Positions 1 through 12,664 of a DNA stretch of 64,000 nucleotides are shown here, in pieces. Where the stretch lies: assembly GCA_002269645.1 (NCBI GenBank), contig NIVC01003024.1, forward strand, positions 24,721 through 88,720, given 5' to 3'. This DNA is from Macrostomum lignano (Eukaryota). A program made the translations under genes and the position numbers. The notes under the pieces were generated by a model. The model did not search any database. It was not told the DNA's origin and saw only the letters and a program-made list of their open reading frames with translations. Position 1 is the first letter of the stretch; every line of letters begins with the position of its first letter.

Positions 1-955
1 TCTCACACCTGTAGCTTATTTGATTCAAAATCTCACACCTGTAGTTTATTTGATTCAAAATCTCACACCTGTAGTTTATTTGATTCAAAATCTCACACCT
101 GTAGTTTATTTGATTCAAAATCTCACACCTGTAGTTTATTTGATTCAAAATCTCACACCTGTAGTTTATTTGATTCAAAATCTCACACCTGTAGTTTATT
201 TGATTCAAAATCTCACACCTGTAGCTTATTTGATTCAAAATCTTACACCTGTAGTTTATTTGATTCAAAATCTCACACCTGTAGTTTATTTGATTCAAAA
301 TCTCACACCTGTAGTTTATTTGATTCAAAATCTCACACCTGTAGTTTATTTGATTTAAAATCTCACACCTGTAGTTTATTTGATTCAAAATCTCACACCT
401 GTAGTTTATTTGATTCAAAATCTCACACCTGTAGTTTATTTGATTCAAAATCTCACACCTGTAGTTTATTTGATTCAAAATCTCACACCTGTAGTTTATT
501 TGATTCAAAATCTCACACCTGTAGTTTATTTGATTCAAAATCTCACACCTGTAGTTTATTTGATTCAAAATCTCACACCTGTAGTTTATTTGATTCAAAA
601 TCTCACACCTGTAGTTTATTTGATTCAAAATCTCACACCTGTAGTTTATTTGATTCAAAATCTCACACCTGTAGTTTATTTGATTCAAAATCTCACACCT
701 GTAGTTTATTTGATTCAAAATCTCACACCTGTAGTTTATTTAATTCAAAATCTCACACCTGTAGCTTATTTGATTTAAAATCTCACACCTGTAGTTTATT
801 TGATTCAAAATCTCACACCTGTAGTTTATTTGATTCAAAATCTCACACCTGTAGTTTATTTGATTCAAAATCTCACACCTGTAGTTTATTTGATTCAAAA
901 TCTCACACCTGTAGCTTATTTGATTCAAAATCTCACACCTGTAGTTTATTTGAAA
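1..955. repeat. 30-bp minisatellite (about 31 copies) in a NOP9 intron
   Basis: Unit TCTCACACCTGTAGTTTATTTGATTCAAAA repeats in register every 30 nt. The ORFs at 20-1201 are artefacts of it. Confidence 0.98.
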
Positions 956-1001
956 TCTCACAAAAGCTCACACATCTCAAAATCTCACAAAACACACTCA
1001 C

Positions 1002-4000
1002 CTGTACTTCTCCCCCAATGCCTCTATCTCGCAGGTGGCATCAAGGAGTCCGGACGCCTTATTCAGGTGCTTAATAAATTTTCTAAATCGCTTTGGCAAC
1101 CGCAGCTTCAGCACCAGCATGAGCACCTGAAGAAAAGGACCCGTCACTTCGCTGTCAATCAGGGCTGCAATGTTGATGAACAGGTGATCACTGGCAGATG
1201 AGCGATTTATAACAAAACCATTGTATTGCTATATTGTATTGCTGTCTTGCTACAATATTAATATTATATTTATTACGTCACAACTTTAACATGTACTGAT
1301 GTACATACTATCAAGCTTATGACTTGCAGTTATGTCGAAATTTGAATAACCCATTAATGACTCACTTCAGAGAATCAATGACCCATTAATGACTCACTTC
1401 AGAGAATCAGTGACCCATTAATGACTCACTTCAGAGAATCAATGACCCATTAATGACTCACTTCAGAGAATCAATGACCCATTAATGACTCACTTCAGAG
1501 AATCAATGACCCATTAATGACTCACTTCAGAGAATCAATGACCCATTAATGACTCACTTCAGAGAATCAATGACCCATTAATGACTCACTTCAGAGAATA
1601 AATGACCCATTAATGACTCACTTTAGAGAATAAATGACCCATTAATGACTCACTTCAGAGAATAAATGACCCATTAATGACTCACTTCAGAGAATCAATG
1701 ACCCATTAATGACTCAATTTAGAGAACAAATGACCCATTAATGACTCACTTTAGAGAATAAATGACCCGTTAATGACTCACTTTAGAGAATAAATGACCC
1801 ATTAATGACTCACTTCAAAGAATCAATGATCCATTAAAAACTCATGACTCACTTCAGAGGGTCAATGACCCAATATTGAAAGATCATATCACGGCATGAC
1901 TTGGCAATTTATGAACCAACAAGCCTCAACCCCCGCAACTCACACAGAACGTGCTTGTTCTCCAGGAACCGTGAGCACAAGCCATCCAATTCTTCAGTGA
2001 GCGAAATGCCATCGAATTCAAGAGGCGGATCGACCAGAACGGAACTGCTGGGATCGTAGGAGTCTGCAATGATGCGGGCGGATTAGCAGCTTATTGATAT
2101 GGCAGGTGAAATCGGAATCTATTCATACTATTGTCAGTTTTCTGTGGTTACCCGCATTTGAACCACCCTACCCATTTCTCTACCCCATCACACCCTACCC
2201 ATTTATCTACCCCTTTACACCCTACCCATTTATCTACCCCATCACACCCTACCCATTTATCTACCCCATCACACCCTACCCATTTATCTACCCCATCACA
2301 CCCTACCCATTTATCTACCCCATCACACCCTACCCATTTATCTACCCCATCACACCCTACCCATTTCTCTACCCCATCACACCCTACCCATTTATCTACC
2401 CCTTTACACCCTACCCATTTATCTACCCCATCACACCCTACCCATTTATCTACCCCATCACACCCTACCCATTTATCTACCCCATCACACCCTACCCATT
2501 TCTCTACCCCATCACACCCTACCCATTTATCTACCCCTTTACACCCTACCCATTTATCTACCCCATCACACCCTACCCATTTATCTACCCCATCACACCC
2601 TACCCATTTATCTACCCCATCACACCCTACCCATTTATCTACCCCATCACACCCTACCCATTTATCTACCCCATCACACCCTACCCATTTATCTACCCCT
2701 TTACACCCTACCCATTTATCTACCCCATCACACCCTACCCATTTATCTACCCCATCACACCCTACCCATTTATCTAACCCATCACACCCTACCCATTTCT
2801 CTACCCCATCACACCCTACCCATTTATCTACCCCATCACACCCTACCCATTTATCTACCCCTTTACACCCTACCCATTTATCTACCCCATCACACCCTAC
2901 CCATTTATCTACCCCATCACACCCTACCCATTTATCTACCCCATCACACCCTACCCATTTATCTACGCCTTTACACCCTACCCACTTATCTACCCCATCA
3001 CACCCTACCCATTTATCTACCCCATCACACCCTACCCATTTATCTACCCCATCACACCCTACCCATTTATCTACCCCATCACACCCTACCCATTTATCTA
3101 CCCCATCACACCCTACCCCATTTCTATCCTGATACACCCCAGTCCCCAGCCATCTCTACACGATTACACCATACCTATTGCCTACGCAATGGACACTTGT
3201 TTTTACAACAACCTTCCTACAACAAAGAGCTACATGAGTCACACACACACCGTGCTTGTTAAACGAAGAGCCAGATGGTGCAGTGGGGTTGGCAGAGACC
3301 AGCACCCCACCAATAAGCAGCAGGTAGCTGCGCAGAGTGTGACAAGCGTAGGGGTGCTCCAGGTACTCGGGGTAGTGCAGGCGCATGTGAGCAGCGAAGG
3401 TTCCCCACAGCCGGCTCGGGTCGGACTCGACTGATAACGGCTCGCCGTCCACTGCTCCGTCATCGTCTGCGCTGCCGGCGGCGTCCGCTTCACCCCTGCC
3501 TGGGGATTTTTGGTTGTTTGGTTGGGGCTCTGTTCAACTTTGGATCCCGACCGGGGATCTGGAGACGGCGGTGCTGGCCCAGCAACTGAGGATCTGGGAG
3601 ACTGTTTGCCCAGCAACGGAGGATCTGGGAGGCTGGCCCAGCAACTGAGGATCTGGGAGGCTGGCCCAGAAACTGAGGATCTGGGAGGCTGGCCCAGCAA
3701 CTGAGGATCTGGGAGGCTGGCCCAGCAACTGAGGATCTGGGAGGCTGATGGCCCAGCAACTGAGGATCTGGAAGGCTGGCCCAGCAAAGGAGGATCTGGG
3801 AGGCTGGTGGCCCAGCAACTAAGGATCTGGGAGGCTGGTGGCCCAGCAACTGAGGATCTGGGAGGCTGATGGCCTAGCAACTGAGGATCTGGAAGGCTGG
3901 CCCAGCAACGGAGGATCTGGGAGGCTGGCCCAGCAAAGGAGGATCTGGGAGGCTGGTGGCCCAGCAACTGAGGATCTGGAAGGCTGGCCCAGCAACTGAG

Positions 4001-4664
4001 GATCTGGGAGGCTGATGGCCCAGCAACTGAGGATCTGGAAGGCTGATGGCCCAGCAACTGAGGATCTGGAGGGCTGGCCCAGCAACTGAGGATCTGGAAG
4101 GCTGGCCCAGCAACTGAGGATCTGGGAAACTGTCAAATGCCACTCATTTGAGAATCCAGAAGGTTGACAGCTCAGTTAAAAGCTCACAAACCTTCAAGCC
4201 GCAGCGTCAGGTACCGCCTAATAGCGGTTTGCAGCACCCGGTGGGCAAACCTGTCGCCAACAACTGCAGGCCAGTTGGCGGCGAAGTTGTTGAGCAGGCG
4301 GGCCAGCCGGGGCCAGTCGGCCAGATTGATGAGGGACTCGGCAAGCCGAGAGCCAGTCTGGTTCTGAGCCAGCTGGCGGCCCTCCCTGGCCAGGCTATCA
4401 AATGCCGTGCTCAGAAGCTGCTCTGTTGGAAGTCGGCGAGTGGATAATCCATATCTAGCTAATCTCAGTAAAAATTCCAAATCTCCAAACTTAGGAATAA
4501 TTGAGTCTACTCATATTGATCTCACCATAATCGTCCGGATTTCCCCAACTAGGTGAGCGCATCTCGTCGAGATTGCGCAGAGTTTCTCTGTAATAAGCTA
4601 GCACATTGTGATCTAAGCGACCTTTGCGACCGCCAGATGATGATGAGGCCTGATCCCCGTGCAT
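1002..4664 (-). CDS. NOP9: Nucleolar protein 9 (Pumilio-repeat 18S rRNA processing factor), 5' five exons; gene continues beyond the window start
   Basis: Phase-consistent GT-AG exons 4664-4526, 4422-4192, 3529-3251, 2063-1944 and 1164-1002 (alternative ATG at 4724). Peptides RLDHNVLAYYRETLRNL, LAQNQTGSRLAESLI, VVGDRFAHRVLQTAI, YLEHPYACHTLRSYLLLIGG and LIDSEVTGPFLQVL match NOP9 N-terminal PUF-repeat motifs as recalled from human and yeast, in the same order. Confidence 0.8.
1350..1835. repeat. 32-bp minisatellite (about 15 copies), NOP9 intron 4
   Basis: Unit TGACCCATTAATGACTCACTTCAGAGAATCAA. Confidence 0.95.
2165..3120. repeat. 27-bp minisatellite (about 35 copies), NOP9 intron 3; G-rich on the minus strand
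   Basis: Unit ACCCTACCCATTTATCTACCCCATCAC. Confidence 0.97.
3575..4130. repeat. 28/31-bp minisatellite, NOP9 intron 2
   Basis: Unit GGCTGGCCCAGCAACTGAGGATCTGGGA, with variants 3 nt longer. Confidence 0.95.
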
Positions 4665-5209
4665 TTCTATTCTGTGCGTTTCTGTGAGGCAGTCAGTGTT
4701 CAGTTTGACAGCTGCGGAGTACATAAATAATTTAGAACTGAAATTTTCACTTTACACTTACTACAATGGTTATAATGACATTTATGGAGTATTTTTAGTA
4801 GTCTTTCGCAAGTTTAGTAACTATCTGCGATTGTTTTTTCAAATGCGTGGCTTATATAGGCCTATATGAACTTTACTAGCTAGGACAGCCTAGCAGAGCC
4901 TCGCTATCCAGCCCTTGGGTCTTTTGAAACTTTACAATAGCAACTATTGAGTCTCTTCTCAACGACCTCCTCTCTAATATTTTCTCTTCTCTCCTCTTTT
5001 TTTCTCATTTCTCTGTCTTTTATCTCCCTTCTTTACTCTCTTCTCTAATTTCTTCACTTTTTCTTCTCTCTCTTTGCTCTCCTCCCTCCTTCCCTCTAGC
5101 ATGCAGTCATATACATGTGCAGCACATGTAGTACTAGAGGGGCCTAGCTAAGGTCCAACCAAAAACTAACAGACATAGTACTAATTAGATTTAGATGACA
5201 ACAATTCAT

Positions 5210-5890
5210 TTAGCTAGTCTTCTGCCGTAAGGAGGGTCCATGTACCGTAGCCATAGCCATAAGCAAAACTATGGCTTATTCCAATTCTCTGTATTCCATA
5301 GCCATAGGGACCCTAATATTACCATATTCCTGTAGTTCCTATAGCCATAGCCATAGTTTTAACAAAAAATCTAGAAAACAAAATATTTTGAATCAAGATA
5401 ACCTGGTGCTTAAACAACTGCGAATTAAGTTAGAAAATAAAAGAAACACTTGATTGCCTTTGTAAGATTATATTTTGTCTTTTTACAAAGCAACAATACT
5501 TAATCACTACTGAAATTACTAATGCTGAACTTTTTCACATTAATAAAAATTATAGTTTGCTAATGTTTTATTGTACTTTATTAGGTATATTCTACAAGTT
5601 TCTAAGTTGATAATACAGTTTACTAAAGCATCTTTGTTTTAGTCTACTTGTTTCTAATATTCTTTCAATTTTTTTAAATTAATAACTATGGCTATGAGAA
5701 TCTACATAATATGATAGCTACCATATTTCCATATTTGTAGCTGTAAGAGCAGCTAGCTACATAGGTGTATCCATAGCTACCGTAGGCACCTATTTACCAT
5801 ATTTGTTGTAGGATCCCATAGCCATAGCCATAGCTACAGCAAAATAGTACATTTAGCCATAATAATATATTAATTGTTACTCCTGCCATA
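5210..5890 (+). mobile_element. Decayed non-autonomous DNA transposon (MITE-like) with (CGTAGC)n subterminal repeats, CpG-eroded copy
   Basis: 5215-5470 aligns to the reverse complement of 55770-56030. The terminus resembles YAGTGTTCCG (hAT-like, inference). Decayed GCTAYG/CCRTAG repeats continue at 5690-5850. Confidence 0.6.
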
Positions 5891-5905
5891 TACCTACAAT
5901 TCACC

Positions 5906-6103
5906 GGTGTGCACCGGTGTGATCTGTCAAATCTACATGGTGTGCTGAGTTGCTGAGTCTTGTTTATTTTGCTCAGCCCGGAGTCTCTCTCATCCTTGGT
6001 AGGACTGCTGACGAGGTGTGCACCGGTGTGATCTATCAAATCTACATGGTGTGCTGAGTTCCTGAGTCTTGTTTATTTTGCTCAGCCCAGAGTCTCTCTC
6101 ATC
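5906..6103. repeat. Two near-identical ~89-bp direct repeats
   Basis: 5906-5994 and 6015-6103 both read GGTGTGCACCGGTGTGATCT...GAGTCTCTCTCATC. Confidence 0.85.
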
Positions 6104-9100
6104 AAAGGACAAGATCTGCACAAGCTAAAGCTGGTGGCAGCATCTATTAACGCTACTAAGAGCATTTAGGAGGCTTCCTAGAAGAGTCAGCCAACAGCTT
6201 AAGCGACTGATTGGGAAGCAATCAACAGTCTGTACTTCACTAATGGCAGCAGTGGGATTCAAGACCTGCTAGGCCATCTCCAGACAACCCAAGACAAAAA
6301 CCAGACAACTATTTTACTATTATTCCTTTGGACACAAATGGTTTTTTGCTATAGCCAATTTTGGCAAAGGATTTTATAGATAAGAATAAACCACTTTAAA
6401 AAATAGAAAAAACCATTTTCATAAAGTTTAACTTTTTTAGGACTTATTATAAATTTTACTAGGCCCCCTAAGTCTAAAAAAACTAGGCCTACTAGATATT
6501 GCCTAATAATGCCAAACAACAAGTGGCAATATAGGCAATGCTTCTACCTTTTCTTTACTTTATTAAATTTTAAAGTAGGCCTAAGTATTGTTGATTTTTA
6601 TAATGAATAGGCCTTAGTTTTTAATAAAATATTCCTAAATATATGTTTATATTTACAATGTCAAACACTAGTCAAGCTACACTTCTACATAATGTAGACA
6701 GCCTAGGTCTAGTTAGCCTAGTACTATACTATACTAGGTATCCAATCAATCTAGCCAGCAAAAATACAATCCAATGACTAACAATCTATATCTAATGATA
6801 ATCAAAATGACAACAGACAATCCAGCAACAAGGTATAGTAAAAAGCTATTAAGTTAGGCCCCTAGCTATTTGGTATTTTAACAGATTAGAGAGCTTTTAT
6901 TAGATTTATTATGAGTATAATAAGTTATTCTAGTTATTTAATTGTTATTCTAATTATTTTTCTATGTGCTATGCCTATTCTATTATTCTAATTAGTCTTT
7001 CTTTTGCTGTTACAATTATTGTTATTATGAATATTATTATTATTAGGCTACTATTATTATTATTAGTAGTAGTAGTAGACCTATTATTTTTTTATTAATG
7101 GAATGTAAGCCCAATACAAAAATTGTTTTAATAATTAGAATTTAGTAGGTGCAAAATCTGAGGGTTTTAATAGCTTTTTTATAATGATAATTGCTTTCAA
7201 AAAGGGGAAACTGCATTAAATTTATGCATTCTTTAATTTAATAAAGGGTTAGGCCCTAGAATAGGCTAGTTTTATATTCAGATACACTATTAGGCCTACA
7301 TTAAAATGTTTGATGTGACCCTGAAATTATTTCAGACAGAAGTACAGATAGTCATAATGTACAATTTTTATTTGAAAAGATGCTGTCCTAAAGTGAATTC
7401 TCTACTGTAAAATTAAAAACTACACGTGATGTAAAGTTGTATTCTTTTTGCATCTAAAATTCGTTAAATCTAGGCCTACAATACAAAATCTGTCGCCGGA
7501 TCGTCTGTCGCCACTTTGACTGCTGTCGCCAGATCGTATGTCGTGGACGTGTACTACTTAGGCCTTAGCTTGTAGTATAGTATCCGAACTGTAACAGCCA
7601 ATTACGAAGTTGACAATGACAAAGATATACAAGGCTAGGCCTATAGTCGTTATATCGTAGACTCGTACTCACGGTCACGAGTCACTGTGACTGTGACCTA
7701 GTCTACATAAGCTCTACTGTACATCACAATTATATGCTCAGAATAAAGTCATACGAGAGATTACTGTTTAAAAAGGCTTAGCAAAAATTTAGCTTAAAAT
7801 CCTTAGATATTTTTCCGACAAAATTTGAGACGATTGCTGAAGGCGGGAGGAGGGCGCCGCACACGCGCGCGCGGGCATGCAATTTTTTCCCCCAAAAGTG
7901 CTTAAATTGAGTTCGCGGACTGCTCTTTCTAAGAATAAAGTTAAGATAAAATTTACACTTTAATATAAAAAAGGCAAAAGGTAAAGTAAATAATCACTAC
8001 CATCAGTACAATGCTTATCAATAAAATTTAAAACTTTAGTTAAACACTTTTATAAATCCTAACCTAAACCAAGTCATTAAAAATTTATATGGCTTGGGAC
8101 AACGTCACAACTCTCATCCCTAAGACCCGGATTCAGCCAAGTGTCGAAAGTGACGTCAAGCATGTGCAAGCATTAATTGCTTGGGTCTCTACCTACGAGC
8201 TACTACTTGCAGGGCTACGTCTCAGAAGCTTGCATACGTACAGATAGTACATGTAAAAATAATAAAATCTAAAATCTTCATTCTATACACTGCTGTATAC
8301 AGTGCATGGTTAGATGTCAGCTTTATTCCAGCTGGCTCCTAGATTGGGTTTATTTTATTCTTCTCGATGCTTCGCACCTGCACGAAGTTGACGTGCTTGC
8401 TACATTTACCAGTTTCGATTGGTGCAAGCGCAGCTGTCGCCTTTTAGCTATTGGGCTGGACAGACCGCACGCGTACTACGCTAGACAGCCTCAGCGATTG
8501 TTCGTTTGCGGCTCAGCTGCCGCCAGGCCATGTGCGTGTCAGGCCATACAGTGAAATCAAACTCGCATGGTTTAGGCCGCAGCTGGCCTCATATATGGCT
8601 TTACCATGCATACATGGATTGATGACGAATTTTTCAAAGCCTTTTACAGTACATTAATTGCTTGCTGAGCTGCACCATTGTTCTGAGATCGCTGGACCGT
8701 TGGATGCGATTAAAAAGCATTTATCTGGGAAGATGAATATTCTGGTGACGATGCGGACGTACATGTATAGTGTGATTTGTTTAAATTGATAATTTCCGGT
8801 TTTTAGTCCATGCATTTTTCCTTTTCAGTTGTGTGTGCGTTCTTCGCAATTTTCCTTGTAGGCTTCTGTGAGTGCACCGCCGGCAGTAAATTAAAGGGCT
8901 AGCTATCGTCAACTCAAGTGTCAGAAACAACAACAACAACAAAAGATGCAATCTCAACCCCACTCGGGCCCCTAATTCTTCCTGCTGACTCGATTCTAAC
9001 GCTTAAGCTGGTTTTCGCTATCAGCCAGTTGACAGTGCAGCTACAAAGCTGTATTTTTGTAAATTAAACCATACATTTATACTCTTGTTTTGAGGGTTGG

Positions 9101-10919
9101 CTGCTGTATGGACGCATTCAAATGCAGCGGGACCGTCGTGTAGATTGGGGATTAATGTGCATATTATATGACCCTGTAAATAGAAATTGTCACAGAAGTA
9201 GTTTAATGCTCAAGTACATATAGAAGTATGCAGTGTGTACATATAGATGCACATTGGGGAAAATTATAGATAGGGGATTAATTTATATATACAAGTAGAC
9301 ATAGTAGTAGACAATTTACATATACAATTGGGGATAGATAGGGATTAATGTACATATGCAAGTACATGGGATTAATGTAGTACATATACATATTGAAGTA
9401 TGCTTATACATCACGCTTAGGATAGCATTTTCATATACTGCTACTAATTACTTCATTTTCAGATAGTAGTATAATTTGCGTTTTTGCGTCAAAACATCTG
9501 AAAACCCAGCTCTAACTACGCGGTATGTAGTAATAATCTTTAGCCATAACTCTTCACTCTCCTTACTGGGGCCTGGAGCCAGGCTAAAATTGCATCAACC
9601 CATTCACGTACATGTACAGTTGAGACGTGCTTGAACATGCTGCAGAATGTAGCTTTTCTATCTAAACTGCATCATGCATCATGCAGTGTGAGTTTGTTTG
9701 TCATTTGAAATTCGAAAAGCACTTGATGTACTCTAGGTGATGGCTATAAAATGCGTCACAAGTAAATTGATTTTTTAATGGATAGAGAAAATTAGCAAAA
9801 GTTTTTAGAAAATAGAAAAAATTAATTTTGATTATTTCACCATCTTCAAGAGATACAGATTCAATTATTGAATTCACTCTGGCTGATTGCGTGACAATAA
9901 ACGTTTTAGTTGAAGAAGAATTATTACAGTTTTTGCAGTTTTTTTTAGAAAAGCTTTTGTGTTGCTCAGTTGCTCAATGAGCCATAATCACACAGTTATA
10001 TTTTATTCCCCGTAATTCTTACGAATTCAGGAACATCTCTCATTTCAAGTGCCATTTCCTATCGAGCAAGGGACAGAGAGGAAGGAGATCAGCGGTAAAA
10101 ACGTCCGACTTCCGACCACTTCCGGCCGACGACATTCATTTTGGGCTTTGTGTGAGAAACTTGGCTCTGAGGGGGTTGTTGGGCGATGCATGCACCCATG
10201 ATGGCCAAGGCGCAGTGAGTCTACATGCGCCTGGGTGATTCGAAAGCGTGTGGTATGAGTGCTCCCACAGGCTTCCTGGAAATGATACTAATAATACAAA
10301 GCAAAACTAAAAGTATCCTAAACAAACCTCAAGACTTCAAAAGAGCGCCCGAAAGACTTGGTCAAGAGCAAACACACGTCGAAATACGTCGTAGAAACAT
10401 TATTATGTCGAAAAATCCTAGAAACCTTGAATCATTTGTTAAGATCAAAGCTTAAAAAATCCCAACTTTTTCCGAACTGGGGGGGGGGATGTATTTCCGT
10501 ATTCCTCCCAGCTACCCCAATGCTTCAAGTCATCAAACACTGTTCTCTCGGTAATTGGTTTCAACTCGTTATCGTGGTGGTAGGGGGGCAATAGCTTGAA
10601 TTAGAAAGGTGGAGGAAGGCTTTTACCAGGGATTTGAAATCAGGCTTTTACCAGAGGATCCCTCTGAAAGAATTGCCTTTTCCTTTTGTTTGCTTTTCGG
10701 TTGCTTTAGCGACAAATTGAAATAAGCTGGCTGCTTCTAGCTTATTGTCAGGCTCGTATTTATGCCTGACAATCGCGCACGGAATCGGTGATTGATCTCC
10801 TGATCGTACAACTCATACGAGACACATCTGGGGGTATGTTACTATTATCTTGTATTACTAATGTTACTATACTAGTATCTATGTATCTATCTATCTATCT
10901 ATCTTTTTATTTACAATAT

Positions 10920-10956
10920 ACCCTGACGAAGACCCTGTTCGGGTCGAAAATTTGGT
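10920..10956 (+). ncRNA. Minimal type I hammerhead ribozyme-like motif (Penelope-like element terminus)
   Basis: ACC-CTGACGA-A-GACCC(TGTTC)GGGTC-GAA-AATT-T-GGT. It has the core CUGANGA, a 5-bp stem II, GAAA, a palindromic AATT stem III and a 3-bp stem I (ACC/GGT). Confidence 0.5.
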
Positions 10957-11019
10957 TCCTTTCTTTGAATTAAAGAAATTGTGAATTTGCTTCAACTGTA
11001 TGCGTGGTTTCATTTCGCA

Positions 11020-11645
<626 letters not shown>

Positions 11646-11659
11646 CGCTCCTTACAGTC

Positions 11660-12664
11660 ATGCCTCCGGCCAGGCTGTGGCTACTGGCAGTCACTGCTGT
11701 GAACCTGGTGACTCTGGCCAGGTGCGAGGCTCAAACCAGCGGTCAGGTTTTTCGGCAAGCCGATGTGCTCTGCGCCCCGGGCGATTCGCCGTCCGCCATC
11801 GCTCGCCTCACCGTCTACTCGGAGACTCACTGAGCCATCATCGCCTCGGAGGAGGCCAACACTGGTGTTCTGGTGGCGCAGTTCAACAAGGCCACTCTCA
11901 CCTGCTGCGTCTTCAAGTACCAGTCCATCTGTCAAAATTTTGTGTCCGGAGAACCAACCGACTGTGTGGTGTTCTTTAGGTTTCCCATCGACCTGGTGCA
12001 GCTGAACCCGAAGCTCAAAAATGTTTGGCTGGGCGACCCCGCGACTCGATTGGAGAACCTGGTGTGCCAGGCGTTCGAGGACTCCAACAGGCTGATGCCA
12101 TTCAACATTGAGTGGTCCAGCGAGGGCGCCGTTTTCGACGGTCTTTCGTCCCACGCCGTGCTGAACAGATCCAGCCTGAACTTCTCCGCCGGTGCCACCT
12201 GGCTGATAAGATTCAAGCGCCTGCCCCAGACTCAGCCAATTCTGGAGTTCTTTCCCTGCAACGACTCGAGTATGGTTTCCTGGAAAGGCATCCACATGGT
12301 CGAGTGGGATGCGCCCAGGAAGATGTATGTCCGCGCCAACCGGATCACGGGCAGCCCGCAGCCCTACTTGTACTCGGCCATCGACCAGCTGTCCGGCGAC
12401 CCGAACGAGTGGCTGAATCTTGGCTTCACCACAGTCGGTGGCTCCTACAAGTTCTTTGTGATGAACGCCTTCCTGCCGCCCAACATGATTTGGCCGTTCG
12501 ATGACAACGACTTTTGCTCCGTGCAGAACGGCAACCTCTGCCTGTACCTGCGTGTTAACCAACCGACTGACCAGTTCTTCAAGGGCACCGTGAGGGTGGT
12601 GGCCTTCGCCAGTGGGAGCCTCACGGAGCAGGAGATTCGCGAATTCTTCGACCTTGTTCAGTGA
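11660..12664 (+). CDS. Secreted PAN/apple-like + LamG/concanavalin-A-like protein, interrupted by one in-frame TGA (11831-11833)
   Basis: Signal peptide MPPARLWLLAVTAVNLVTLARC. The ORF pieces on either side of the TGA are in the same frame. C-terminal motifs GAVFDGLSSHAVL, EWLNLGFT and FFKGTVRVVAFASGSLTEQEI are LamG3/pentraxin-like. AATAAA lies just after the stop. Confidence 0.65.

Noticed and set aside
20-1201. Long ORFs in tandem repeats (also 2094-3137, 10981-11979, 15663-16112, 39937-41264, 57696-58001, 59382-59867, 63014-63648)
   Set aside because: They are translations of stop-free repeat units, open in several frames and on both strands, and several lie inside modelled introns.
1350-1835. 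Regular 30-32-bp repeats superficially like CRISPR arrays (also 1-955 and 26217-34875)
   Set aside because: The units are directly adjacent with no unique spacers, there are no cas genes, and the context is eukaryotic.
8781-8963. Signal-peptide-like ORF (LHLLLLLLFL...SPLIYCRRC...GKLRR)
   Set aside because: There is no in-frame ATG before the upstream stop, and the Leu run comes from a (TTG)n microsatellite.
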